Below are positions 50,834-60,012 of a DNA stretch of 64,000 bases, one piece after another. The DNA comes from an uncultured Gammaproteobacteria bacterium. GTDB lineage: Bacteria; Patescibacteriota; Patescibacteriia; Veblenbacterales; UBA10138. The notes beneath the pieces were generated by a model that was not told the DNA's origin, did no database searches, and saw nothing but the letters and a program-made list of their open reading frames with translations. Within the stretch, counting starts at the first letter, position 1; each line of letters begins with the position of its first letter. The stretch is from assembly GCA_964348825.1 (NCBI GenBank), contig CAYGDX010000001.1, positions 90,909 through 154,908 of the forward strand, written 5' to 3'. The translations under genes and the position numbers were made by a program.

Positions 50834-51802
50834 TTAATCTTCAGGTGGGCCGTCGGTATTGTGACCCTTGACTGGCGCTGGCTTTGGCTTCGGAGGATCG
50901 GGTTGTGGTACAACCTCTTCCTCTTCTTCATTCCCAACGTTTTCGTCAACGGGTTGATCAACTGTCGGCGCCGGTAACTGCTCGGGGAGATTATTAATTT
51001 GCTCTTGCAAGTCGTTGACTTGCTGTTGCAAAGCTTTATAGTCACTTTGCGATGCTTTACCCGTGCCGGAAAATCCACCAACGGAAATGATAGCAATTAA
51101 TACGATAAAAAGAGCAGAGAATAAGATGACCCCGAGTCGTTGCCAGAAGACTGGTTTTGCAGCTAATTTAGCAGCGTCTTCTGCTGACTTTTCTGCAAGT
51201 TTTTTCCACCCTTCTGCATCATCTGCGCTTTGCTTTGCAGCACCTGCAGAATTTGCTGATTCGCCAGCAGAAGTGTACGCATTGTTTGCGTGCGTTTCTG
51301 CGTCACCTGCGAGTTTCCGAACATTTTTTTCAGCCGTCTGGGAAAATTCCGTAAACGTTTCTTTTTCGGTTCTCACTAACGATTTAATACCATTAGTTCC
51401 TTCCTCAAAAAGACGTTCCAAACTTTCTTTGGCGCTCTGATTGGTATTTTCAAGGGCGGATTTTTGTTCGTCAAGATAATTTTTGACTTTTAAAATCGTC
51501 GCGAACGTTGTATCCGTCATTAATAAATCAGCGATGGATACATCTTTCTCGTACAGCTTCAACTGTTCGTCGAAGCTTAGAACCGAGACGAAGTTTACAA
51601 TTTCATTAGCCGCTACAGCACGATAGGCGTTGATGGCATGAGCCTGCGCGTCCGCCTGTGTTGAATCAGGAGGCGCTGTTTGCATGAATTCGTTTTCAGC
51701 TTGATTGAAAACTTGTTCAAACTCATCCTGTTTTTCCGGAAGAAGAATCGCGACAATCCGTCGCAAAACTTCAATGGTGATTGAATATAGATAATTTTTC
51801 AA
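50834..51802 (-). CDS. Membrane protein: cytoplasmic helical domain, one TM, Pro/Glu-rich extracytoplasmic tail ending HNTDGPPED
   Basis: TM VILFSALFIVLIAIISVGGF. Tail ...EEEEVVPQPDPPKPKPAPVKGHNTDGPPED shares its terminal motif with the next gene. Confidence 0.5.
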   Translation of the reverse strand: MKNYLYSITIEVLRRIVAILLPEKQDEFEQVFNQAENEFMQTAPPDSTQADAQAHAINAYRAVAANEIVNFVSVLSFDEQLKLYEKDVSIADLLMTDTTFATILKVKNYLDEQKSALENTNQSAKESLERLFEEGTNGIKSLVRTEKETFTEFSQTAEKNVRKLAGDAETHANNAYTSAGESANSAGAAKQSADDAEGWKKLAEKSAEDAAKLAAKPVFWQRLGVILFSALFIVLIAIISVGGFSGTGKASQSDYKALQQQVNDLQEQINNLPEQLPAPTVDQPVDENVGNEEEEEVVPQPDPPKPKPAPVKGHNTDGPPED

Positions 51803-51878
51803 AGTGTGATTCCTTTATAATATGTTACGAAATTTTTGAATTAGTTAAAACAGAATAATGAAATGAATTGAAATTTTG

Positions 51879-52241
51879 TTAATCTTCCGGTTCACCTTTT
51901 GGATTGTGAGTTCCGGAATTTCCGCTTCCACCCACCGCCGGCGCTGATTGCTCAGTGCTTTGGGGAGTGGTTGACGGATTTTTTACGGTTTTTTGTAAGC
52001 CGAAGTAAATGGCTAAACCGAGAACAATGACGGCGAGGATGATCAGAGCAGGTATTAACCATGCTGGTGACTTCTTTGTCGTTGGTTGGTTTTGTTGGCC
52101 AACCAGTTGTCCATTTCCGCCGAGGTCAATGTTTAAGGTTTGCTCTTCAATGATTGCTGTCAATTTAATTTTGACATTACCACCTAAGCGTCCTTTAATT
52201 AACTCGTCGATCGGAACGATTAATTCTTTAGTGTTGTTCAT
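51879..52241 (-). CDS. Small membrane protein with C-terminal tail ending HNPKGEPED
   Basis: TM WLIPALIILAVIVLGLAIYFGL. C-terminus GSGNSGTHNPKGEPED parallels the HNTDGPPED of the 50834-51802 product. Confidence 0.45.
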   Translation of the reverse strand: MNNTKELIVPIDELIKGRLGGNVKIKLTAIIEEQTLNIDLGGNGQLVGQQNQPTTKKSPAWLIPALIILAVIVLGLAIYFGLQKTVKNPSTTPQSTEQSAPAVGGSGNSGTHNPKGEPED

Positions 52242-52621
52242 ACGAATTTTCCTTTCGTTCGTATGTGTTCTATTACTTTCAGGGATCGGTAACCTGCCGA
52301 TTCTGTGTAGCTAGAACGTGTTTTTGAATATTTCACGGACATGGAAATTTCCCAAGCCGTGGCACGAATTAGAACCTGAACTCAAAGTAGGTTAAACCCT
52401 TGCTGCGCAGGCAAGGTCTTTGAGACAGGTTCATTTATATAAAATTGTTAAGTTGCGTTCATTACAGTAAGTGCACCCCACGCATCTTTAACATATCATG
52501 ATAGCGCATCTAGCAAATTCTGTCAAGACCTGTGGAATGAAAAAGTGAGTTTTTGGGCTAATATTAGATAAATTAATTCCCAAGACCCAAGCCCCAAATC
52601 CCAAAAACATTAGATTAATTA

Positions 52622-52850
52622 GGGTTTGTCGTTGTGCCGCCCTGTCGTAGGGTTTGTAGACATCATTTAATTTTAGTGACTTAAAAAAGTAACGCCGCAG
52701 TGAGACCCTCAGAACTTGCGTGTTGTGGTCGCTCTGCATAGCAAGTTCGTTTGGTCGAACCGGCGTTACCACTCGGGCGTGCCAGGGATGGGGTTGTTAG
52801 GGGTAAGGGACGGGCTTCGCCTAACTCCGAGTCCCTACCCCTAACGAAAT
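52622..52850. repeat. Diverged family C-related structured element
   Basis: Shares cctgtcgtagggtttgta and gttcgtttggtcgaaccggcg blocks with 36591-36760. Followed by a family A fragment at 52855-52900. Confidence 0.4.
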
Positions 52851-53066
52851 TAATAAGAGATTGCTTCGCTCGTCTGATGACTCACTCGCAATGACATTTA
52901 TGTTTGTATTATACCCCTCGGCTTGGCTCGGGGTTATCCGCTTTTTACAATAAATAAATTCTAGAAAGCGGATAAAAAAACAGAGTTGGAAAATTGAGGA
53001 TTAAATTAATTTTAATCCAGAAAATTCCAACTCTATAGATTATTCGTCGATGACTTATAGTGCCAT

Positions 53067-53717
53067 CTACTTTAAATCCGGACTAAAGGTAAGCCCAAAT
53101 ACGAAAGCAAAGTTGATTATACGTTCCTCCGTGTTGTTTATAAAATTAACATTTGTTACCCCACTCGCCCCTGCGCCAACTTTTACATTGAGTAATCCTA
53201 ACTTTTCAAATCTATGTGTGATAGCGAAAGCTACGTTTGGAGTTACTGTTTTCTTTTGGTTTTTATCCGTGCGATCATAAGCAAAGACCGCGCCGAATGA
53301 AATTTCTGTCCATAGATTTTTCTTTACCTTTGAAGGTGAGAAAATTAATTCAGCACCAAAGCCCCAAGGGTAATATCCACCAGCGTCATCGTTTTCATAA
53401 TAGCCAACAATGTTGCCAAATGCAGTTAATTTGCCAGCCCAGTTTTGAATTGGCCAAGAAAGTCCGATACTAGGTGCCGCTAAGTTAAGTGGTGCGCGTC
53501 CAGTGCCAAGTATGGTTACGCCGGAGAATCCAACCCATAAGCGGCCGCCATTGAAAGTAGTGGATTTTGGTTTTGCAACTTCGTTATCGTTGCAACAGTC
53601 ACAACAATCCGTATGATTATAATTGTGGCTGTGTTTTGGTTTGGAGCATTCTTGCGCCAAGCTGATTTGTGGAAGTGATAATAAAATCACAGCCACGAGT
53701 ATGTATGCGTATTTCAT
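53067..53717 (-). CDS. Putative outer-membrane beta-barrel protein (OmpA/OmpW-like fold), signal peptide
   Basis: Signal peptide MKYAYILVAVILLSLPQISLAQE. Alternating hydrophobic beta-strand patterns (AFAITHRF, INFAFVFGLTF). Cys cluster CCDCC near N-terminus. Confidence 0.45.
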   Translation of the reverse strand: MKYAYILVAVILLSLPQISLAQECSKPKHSHNYNHTDCCDCCNDNEVAKPKSTTFNGGRLWVGFSGVTILGTGRAPLNLAAPSIGLSWPIQNWAGKLTAFGNIVGYYENDDAGGYYPWGFGAELIFSPSKVKKNLWTEISFGAVFAYDRTDKNQKKTVTPNVAFAITHRFEKLGLLNVKVGAGASGVTNVNFINNTEERIINFAFVFGLTFSPDLK

Positions 53718-53805
53718 TGTAAAGGTTCCTTATGTTGTTATATTGTTTGTTTTGAATGAATTTTGATGTTATTTAATTTCATCTTACCTTACCTCTTTTA
53801 CCTAG

Positions 53806-53980
53806 AGTTTGTCAAGCCCGTGTGTCATTGCGAGCGAGTCCAAAGACGAGCGCGGCAATCTCACGTTTAAAGAAAATTCACCAGAGATTGCTTCGTCCTC
53901 CGACTGCGGTCTACGTCCTCGCAATGACAGTGGGTGTGTTATAGCAATCATTATTATTTGCTCTTGGGCTTGACAAAGAG
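53806..53980. repeat. Family A repeat bounded by terminal inverted repeats tttgtcaagccc / gggcttgacaaa
   Basis: gtgtcattgcgagcgag...ctcgcaatgacag core (53823-53930) nested inside a 12-bp perfect IR pair at 53809-53820 and 53966-53977. Confidence 0.6.
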
Positions 53981-54055
53981 TAAAATATGGAGTAGAATAA
54001 AGAGTTATAAAATATAGAGAAAAATAATCAAAAAACAAAAAAAGGAAAATTTACA

Positions 54056-54316
54056 ATGAGAAAATCGCTCGTTCTAATATTAACAATATTTGCAATAATT
54101 GGGATTATGTCATTAGGTTTAATTTTTTTAACCCTTCTCGGATTAGCTTTAACTCATGATCAGTCGGATTTCATAAGTTTTAGTAAATTTGTGTGGGGAA
54201 ACAAAGAATTAATTGTCGCTTGTTTAAGCGGGCTGATACCTTTATTGTTTCCTAAAATTAGAAATGAAATTGATTCACATCCGATTGGAGATTATTTGCT
54301 CAAAAATATTGGGTGA
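54056..54316 (+). CDS. Hypothetical small membrane protein (2 TM)
   Basis: 86-aa ORF with two hydrophobic helices. Confidence 0.3.
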   Translation: MRKSLVLILTIFAIIGIMSLGLIFLTLLGLALTHDQSDFISFSKFVWGNKELIVACLSGLIPLLFPKIRNEIDSHPIGDYLLKNIG

Positions 54317-54489
54317 GTAGCTCAAATGTATTTTATTTTGGAGCCACTATAATATCAGTGGCTTCTTTTTTTATTAACAAGTACAATGTAATTAGATTGA
54401 AATTTACCCCACCTAGCCTCCCCTAGAAAGGGGAGGAATTAGAAATACATTCTTAATTCGTGATTCGTTATTCTAGATTCTGTAACACT

Positions 54490-54936
54490 ATGTCCACCTT
54501 AGCTCAAAACAAACGCGCGCTATATGATTATCAAATCCTGGAGAAATTTCAGGCAGGATTAGTGCTGACTGGTGCTGAGGTAAAATCGACCAAAGGTGGG
54601 CGAGCGAATTTGCAAGGAAGTTATGTGTTGCCACGCGGTAATGAGTTGTGGTTGACTGGCGCATCAATTGCGGCTTATCCACCAGCGGCACGGGAGCAAA
54701 TTTCTTACGACCCAAATCGTGACCGCAAATTATTACTCAAGGCGCAAGAAATATCTTATTTGATAGGTAAGTTGAAGGAAAAGGGCTTGACAGTAGTACC
54801 AATTTCTATTTATACTGCGCATAGATTAGTGAAAGTTGAATTAGGGGTGGCGAAAGGTAAAAAGACGCATGATAAACGCAAGGTTATTAAACAGCGACAG
54901 CTAGATAGAGAAGTGAGGGGTTCTTTAAAATACTAG
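54490..54936 (+). CDS. smpB: SsrA-binding protein SmpB
   Basis: NKRALYDYQILEKFQAGLVLTGAEVKS...NRDRKLLL...AKGKKTHDKR matches SmpB throughout. Listed ORF starts at 54460; Met at 54490 fits SmpB N-terminus. Confidence 0.85.
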   Translation: MSTLAQNKRALYDYQILEKFQAGLVLTGAEVKSTKGGRANLQGSYVLPRGNELWLTGASIAAYPPAAREQISYDPNRDRKLLLKAQEISYLIGKLKEKGLTVVPISIYTAHRLVKVELGVAKGKKTHDKRKVIKQRQLDREVRGSLKY

Positions 54937-55026
54937 AGTAGACATTCACTAAGAAATCCGAAGCACGAATATCGAAATTCGAAAATTTTTTAGGATTTCG
55001 GATTTAGAATTTAGGATTTTGTCTTA

Positions 55027-55408
55027 GGGGGTGTTTACAATTTGCTAGTTCATTAAAATTATTTTCGGCAGGTGGTAGTGAGATCTACCTAAAAAGCTCA
55101 ACCTACAAATGCCAATTCATTTGTCGCTAAAATGAAGAATGCTTTTGCATCTTTATCTTTAGCACCAGTTATGGCCTAAAATCCATAACCGTTTGTTTAG
55201 CCAATGCTCAATAAGTTAAACAAGCGTCATTCATTGAGCTGTGATATGCTATAGTTGATACTTATGTAGCAGTCAAGAACTTTAAGTGTCGGCATTTTAG
55301 AATTTTGTGCGGTTTTTATCTAAAATTTCCTACTTAAATCACACTGAACCTGGAGCCGAAGGTAGTAGTTTGAATTACACACGGGTGCAATTCCCGTCAT
55401 CTCCACCA
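55027..55408 (+). ncRNA. ssrA: Putative tmRNA (ssrA), about 380 nt
   Basis: Directly downstream of smpB. 3' end cgggtgcaattcccg (T-arm-like) + catCTCCACCA (tRNA-Ala-like acceptor 3' strand, discriminator A, CCA). 5' GGGGGTG can pair with CATCTCC including a G3:U70-type wobble. Internal candidate tag ORF gcc aat tca ttt gtc gct aaa atg aag aat gct ttt gca tct tta tct tta gca cca gtt atg gcc TAA (ANSFVAKMKNAFASLSLAPVMA*). Confidence 0.45.
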
Positions 55409-55562
55409 CGTAAAAATCGAGCTATCAAGCGAGATTTTTACGTGCCCCGTGGCACGAACCAAGGTGAGTGCTTTACGGGGCTTCCTTTAGGTAGTAGCTC
55501 GATTCACGTGGCACAGCCTCGTAAAGTCTGAAGACCGCGAGGCAGGCCATCACAACTTTTGT

Positions 55563-55823
55563 ATGGGATTTACAGTTTATATTTTAGAAGAAATAGAAAG
55601 TAAAAAATGGTATATTGGTTATAGTACTAATTTACAACAAAGAATTAAGGATCATAATTCTCATAAAAATATTTCAACTAAATTTGGTAAATGGCGTTTA
55701 ATCTATGCCGAATATTATTTGCATAAGTTGGACGCTTTAGGTAGAGAAAAATTTTTAAAAAGTGGAAGCGGGCATCGTTTCCTTAAAAAACAACTTTATC
55801 ATTATCTAAACTACCTTGCGTAA
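55563..55823 (+). CDS. GIY-YIG nuclease-domain protein (small stand-alone, UPF0213-like)
   Basis: FTVYILEEIESKKWYIGYSTNLQQRIKDHN carries the GIY...YIG...R...H/N motif. Confidence 0.7.
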   Translation: MGFTVYILEEIESKKWYIGYSTNLQQRIKDHNSHKNISTKFGKWRLIYAEYYLHKLDALGREKFLKSGSGHRFLKKQLYHYLNYLA

Positions 55824-56394
55824 TTTTTATCGTCCCCGTTATCGGGTGAATCAATATATTAGAATCCCTGAAGTTCAGTTAATAGATGAAACAGGGAAAC
55901 CATGTGGCATTGTGCCAACAGTGGAAGCTTTGCGCCGTGCACAAGAAGTCGGGCTTGATTTAGTGGAAGTAAACCCAACTGAGCGTCCTTCGCTTTGCAA
56001 AATAATGGACTGGGGACAATTTCAGTACAAGCAGAAAAAAATGTTGCAGGCCCAAAAAGTTAAAGCCCACAAAGTAGCGCTTAAAGGTATTCGGTTAAGC
56101 TTAAAAATTGGTGAACACGATCGGCAAGTGCGAATAGATCAATCAAAAAAGTTTTTGGATGAAGGGCATCACGTGCGACTGGAAATGATTTTGCGTGGGC
56201 GTGAAAAGGGTCGCGGTGATTTAGCCCGTGAAATTATGCAAAAATTTGTAGCGGATTTAGGTGAAGGCATTCAAGTGGAAAGCCCATTAGCCCGCCAAGG
56301 CGGTAATGTTAGTATGCAGGTGGTAAAGAAGGTGGGGACGAAGGCAAAAGAGGAAAAGAAAGAGGAAAGTGAGTTAAAAATGACTAATAACTAA
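55816..56394 (+). CDS. infC: Translation initiation factor IF-3
   Basis: IRIPEVQLIDETGKPCGIVPTVEALRRAQEVGLDLVEVNPTERPSLCKIMDWGQFQYKQKK matches IF-3 N- and C-domains. Non-ATG start is likely (listed TTG at 55816 overlaps upstream ORF; an in-frame ATT at 55858 is a candidate), as is typical for infC. Confidence 0.85.
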   Translation: MRNFYRPRYRVNQYIRIPEVQLIDETGKPCGIVPTVEALRRAQEVGLDLVEVNPTERPSLCKIMDWGQFQYKQKKMLQAQKVKAHKVALKGIRLSLKIGEHDRQVRIDQSKKFLDEGHHVRLEMILRGREKGRGDLAREIMQKFVADLGEGIQVESPLARQGGNVSMQVVKKVGTKAKEEKKEESELKMTNN

Positions 56395-56606
56395 TGCCTA
56401 ATTTCTAAAAAATCCTAAATTTTAATGTCTAATTCCCAAATAAATTTTAAAATCCTAATACCCAAAAACTAAAACTTTTAGGATTTACGATTTGGGATTT
56501 ATTTAGGATTTCGGATTTAGGGCTTAGGATTTTAATAATTCCCTTGACTATATTGCTTAAATTCTGTATTATTTGATAGCTATTAAATTGTCTATTTTTC
56601 ATACCT

Positions 56607-56801
56607 ATGAAAGTTAAAACTCACAAAGCTACTGTAAAAAGGTTTCACGTAACATCAGGTCGCAAGTTGATGAAGCGTACTGCTGGTCAGAATCATTTTA
56701 ATTCTCGTGAACCAGGCGGCGTAACACGCGCTAAGCGTCGCGACGTGGAAATTGCTAAAGTAAATGTACCAGCGTTACGCAAATTAATCCCGGGCTCTTA
56801 A
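56607..56801 (+). CDS. rpmI: 50S ribosomal protein L35
   Basis: 64 aa, MKVKTHKATVKRFHVTSGRKLMKR... basic. Position between infC and rplT. Confidence 0.8.
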   Translation: MKVKTHKATVKRFHVTSGRKLMKRTAGQNHFNSREPGGVTRAKRRDVEIAKVNVPALRKLIPGS

Positions 56802-56845
56802 TTAGTTTTAGGATTTCGGATTTAGAATTTAGGATTTATTATTTT

Positions 56846-57589
56846 ATGTGGTATTTAGTTGGTATTTTTATATTAGTTGCCTTATCGGGTCTTCGCCAAG
56901 TGGATCAATATGAGAGAGGCGTAAAATTCACCATGGGTCGTTTTACTAAAATGGTCAACCCAGGTTGGCGGATTGTTTGGCCAATTTTTCAATCAATGCG
57001 TAAAATTGATTTGCGTTTAAAAGCGGTAGATGTGCCAACGCAAGATGCTATTACCAAAGATAATGTTTCGGCTAAAATAAATGCCGTAATTTATTATAAA
57101 GTAATTGACGCTTCGAAATCGGTACTCGAAGTGGAAGATGTTTATTTCGCGGTGCTACAACTGGCGCAAACTACCATGCGTAATATTGTGGGTGAAGTAA
57201 CCTTGGATGAGCTTTTGAGTCAACGCGTTACTATTTCTGATAAAATTGAAAAAATTGTTGATGAAGCAACTTTGACTTGGGGGGTAGAAGTAACTTCAGT
57301 GGAACTCAAAGATATAAATTTACCAGTGGATATGATTCGCACCATTGCTAAGCAAGCTGAAGCGGAACGTGAGAAGCGCGCGGTAATTATTAATTCCGAA
57401 GGTGAAGTAGCGGCGGCGGAAAATTTAGCGAAAGCCGCTGGTATTTTAGCTGGTTCACAAGGCGCTTTACATCTTCGAACTTTAAATTCAATTAACGACA
57501 TTTCTTCTGATCAATCTAATACTGTTGTTTTTGCAGTGCCACTCGAAGTGCTTAAGGCGTTTGAGGGGTTTAAGAAGAATCAATCATAA
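56846..57589 (+). CDS. SPFH/Band-7 (stomatin/prohibitin-like) domain membrane protein
   Basis: N-terminal TM then QYERGVKFTMGRF...VDVPTQDAITKDNVSAKINAVIYYKV SPFH core. Confidence 0.75.
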   Translation: MWYLVGIFILVALSGLRQVDQYERGVKFTMGRFTKMVNPGWRIVWPIFQSMRKIDLRLKAVDVPTQDAITKDNVSAKINAVIYYKVIDASKSVLEVEDVYFAVLQLAQTTMRNIVGEVTLDELLSQRVTISDKIEKIVDEATLTWGVEVTSVELKDINLPVDMIRTIAKQAEAEREKRAVIINSEGEVAAAENLAKAAGILAGSQGALHLRTLNSINDISSDQSNTVVFAVPLEVLKAFEGFKKNQS

Positions 57590-57702
57590 TTTTTAGCCAC
57601 TAGCAATTAGTTCCTAGCCACTAGAAAGTAAATTAGGAACTATTGGCGAGGAACTAGTTGCTAACACTTAGAACTAATAACTAACGACTAATAACTAAAT
57701 TT

Positions 57703-58050
57703 ATGGCCAGAGTTAAACGCGGCGTGATGCACGCCAAACGAAGAAAAAATTTATTAAAGCAAACCAAGGGGTTTCGTTGGGGTCGCAAAAGTAAGATTGG
57801 TTTAGCTAAGGTGGCGGCTCGTAAAGCTGGGGTGCATGCTTTTGCGCATCGCAGGGATCGCAAGGGTGATTTTCGCCGTTTGTGGCAAATTAGAATTAAT
57901 GCCGCTGTGCGCGAGTATGGTTTGAGCTATAGTAAATTTATGGATTTGTTAAAGAAAAATAAGATTGAACTTGATCGCAAAATTCTTTCGCAACTCGCTA
58001 ATGATTATCCAAAAGTTTTTGCGAAGTTGGTGGAGGCGGTGAAGAAGTAA
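57703..58050 (+). CDS. rplT: 50S ribosomal protein L20
   Basis: MARVKRGVMHAKRRKNLLKQTKGFRWGRK... matches L20. Confidence 0.9.
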   Translation: MARVKRGVMHAKRRKNLLKQTKGFRWGRKSKIGLAKVAARKAGVHAFAHRRDRKGDFRRLWQIRINAAVREYGLSYSKFMDLLKKNKIELDRKILSQLANDYPKVFAKLVEAVKK

Positions 58051-58149
58051 TTATTCATTAGAGTATTAGAACACTTAAACACTAGAGCATTCGGCGCTAG
58101 TGTTTTTTATTTTGCTAAAATCGAAAAAACCAGTATAATTAAGAGCGTT

Positions 58150-59874
58150 ATGTTATCTCTTAAACTACAAAATGAACTATATAAATTAGCCCGCGAACAC
58201 TATCAATTAAAGCCAATTGAAGTGGAAGTGGTGCCGACGCGTGATATGGCGCACGGTGATTTTACGAGCAATGTAGCAATGAAAGTAGCTTCACGCTGGG
58301 GGGTAACACCGCGCGTGGCCGGTGAAACATTACTGCAAGCTCTTAATGCTTCAAAAGTTATTACTAAGTACTGCGCCAAAGTTGAAATCGCGGGCGCGGG
58401 TTTTATTAATTTTTATTTAAAACCGGAAATTTTATTATCTATTCTATCAGAGCTAACTAAAAGAGAAAATTTATTTAAGGCACAAAAAATTATTGTGGAA
58501 TATTCTTCGCCTAATATTGCGAAGCCGATGCACATTGGGCATATTCGTTCCACGATTATTGGCGAAGCGGTAGCGAATTTGTATGAGCAGTTGGGCGCGA
58601 AAGTTATCCGCCTAAATCATTTAGGTGATTGGGGTACACAATTTGGAAAATTAATCGCCGCTTATAAAATGTGGGGTTCGAAATCCGCCGTGCATAAAAA
58701 TCCAATTGATGAATTATTAAAACTTTACGTACGTTTTCATGAGGAGATGAAAACAAATTTAGAGCTTGAAAAGCAAGGGCAAGATGAATTTAGAAAATTA
58801 GAACAAGGTGATAAAACAAATCGCAGTTTGTGGAATTGGTTTAAAAAAGAGTCACTTAGGGAATTTGATAAAATGTACAAACGATTAGGTATAAAATTCA
58901 CAGCGCTCACTGGCGAAAGTTTTTATGAAGCTAAACTCACTCCCTTGGTGCGGGAATTATTAAAACGAAAAATTGCTAAACAAAATGCCGACGGCTCAAT
59001 TGTGGTTCATTTGGAAAAAGAATCACTGCCGCCGTGTTTAATGCAAAAATCCGATGGGGCTTCACTTTATGCCACGCGTGATGTGGCCACGATCAATTAT
59101 CGAGTACAGCATTATAAACCAGCACAAATATTTTATGTGGTAGGTAATGAACAGTCACTTCATTTTGAGCAAGTGTATGCTGTGGCGCGTCGTTTAGGTT
59201 ATGTTGGTAGTACGCAGTTAGAGCATCTTAAATTTGGTACTATTTTGGGTGATGATGGCCATAAATTTGCCACTCGCGAAGGCCGATTGATTAAATTAGA
59301 TGAAGTACTGGCTGAGGCAGTTACACGGGCGCGAGCGATTATTGAGGTAAAAAATTCTAAACTGCCTACCAAAATTAAAGAGCAAGTAGCCGAAGCGGTT
59401 GGCGTGGGAGCTTTAAAATATAATGATTTGTCGCAAAATCGCCAAACCGATATTACGTTTAGTTGGGATAAAATGCTGAGTTTGAGTGGTAACAGTTCGC
59501 CGTATTTACAATATAGTTATGTAAGGTTGCAGAGTATTCTTAGAAAAGGGGGTAGGGTGAAGGGTGTGGGAAGTAGAGTTAAATTTGATAAAAATATTCT
59601 AAATAATTTAACAGCGAGTGATTTGAATGTGCTTAGAATATTAATTCGCTATCCTGAAGCAATTATGCAGGCGGCGCGGGAGAATGGCCCGCATCTTTTG
59701 GCACAATATTTATATGACCTAGCTAATGCGATTAATTCTTTTTACCAAAATTCGCCAGTGCTTCAGGCACGCGAACCATTAAAAAGTTTTCGTTTGGGTT
59801 TAATTAAAAATGTGGCAGATGTTTTAGCGCAAGGGTTAGGGATTTTGGGGATAAAAGTGGTGGAACGAATGTAG
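58150..59874 (+). CDS. argS: Arginyl-tRNA synthetase
   Basis: HIGH motif (PMHIGHIRST), class I Rossmann core, C-terminal DALR-type anticodon-binding region. An in-frame G-rich repeat segment at 59546-59580 encodes GGRVKGVGSRV. Confidence 0.9.
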   Translation: MLSLKLQNELYKLAREHYQLKPIEVEVVPTRDMAHGDFTSNVAMKVASRWGVTPRVAGETLLQALNASKVITKYCAKVEIAGAGFINFYLKPEILLSILSELTKRENLFKAQKIIVEYSSPNIAKPMHIGHIRSTIIGEAVANLYEQLGAKVIRLNHLGDWGTQFGKLIAAYKMWGSKSAVHKNPIDELLKLYVRFHEEMKTNLELEKQGQDEFRKLEQGDKTNRSLWNWFKKESLREFDKMYKRLGIKFTALTGESFYEAKLTPLVRELLKRKIAKQNADGSIVVHLEKESLPPCLMQKSDGASLYATRDVATINYRVQHYKPAQIFYVVGNEQSLHFEQVYAVARRLGYVGSTQLEHLKFGTILGDDGHKFATREGRLIKLDEVLAEAVTRARAIIEVKNSKLPTKIKEQVAEAVGVGALKYNDLSQNRQTDITFSWDKMLSLSGNSSPYLQYSYVRLQSILRKGGRVKGVGSRVKFDKNILNNLTASDLNVLRILIRYPEAIMQAARENGPHLLAQYLYDLANAINSFYQNSPVLQAREPLKSFRLGLIKNVADVLAQGLGILGIKVVERM

Positions 59875-60012
59875 GGTTTAATGTCAAATTACAAATGTCA
59901 AATATCAAATCAAATCCAAATGTTTAAAATCCAAAATTTTGTCATTTAATCGTTAAATCATTTGACATTGATTTGTCATTTGGATTTTAAAATTTGAAAT
60001 TAAAATTTATTT

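Noticed and set aside
55307-55531. 74-aa ORF overlapping the 3' part of the putative tmRNA
   Set aside because: It coincides with the tRNA-like domain and CCA end. No RBS and no homolog.
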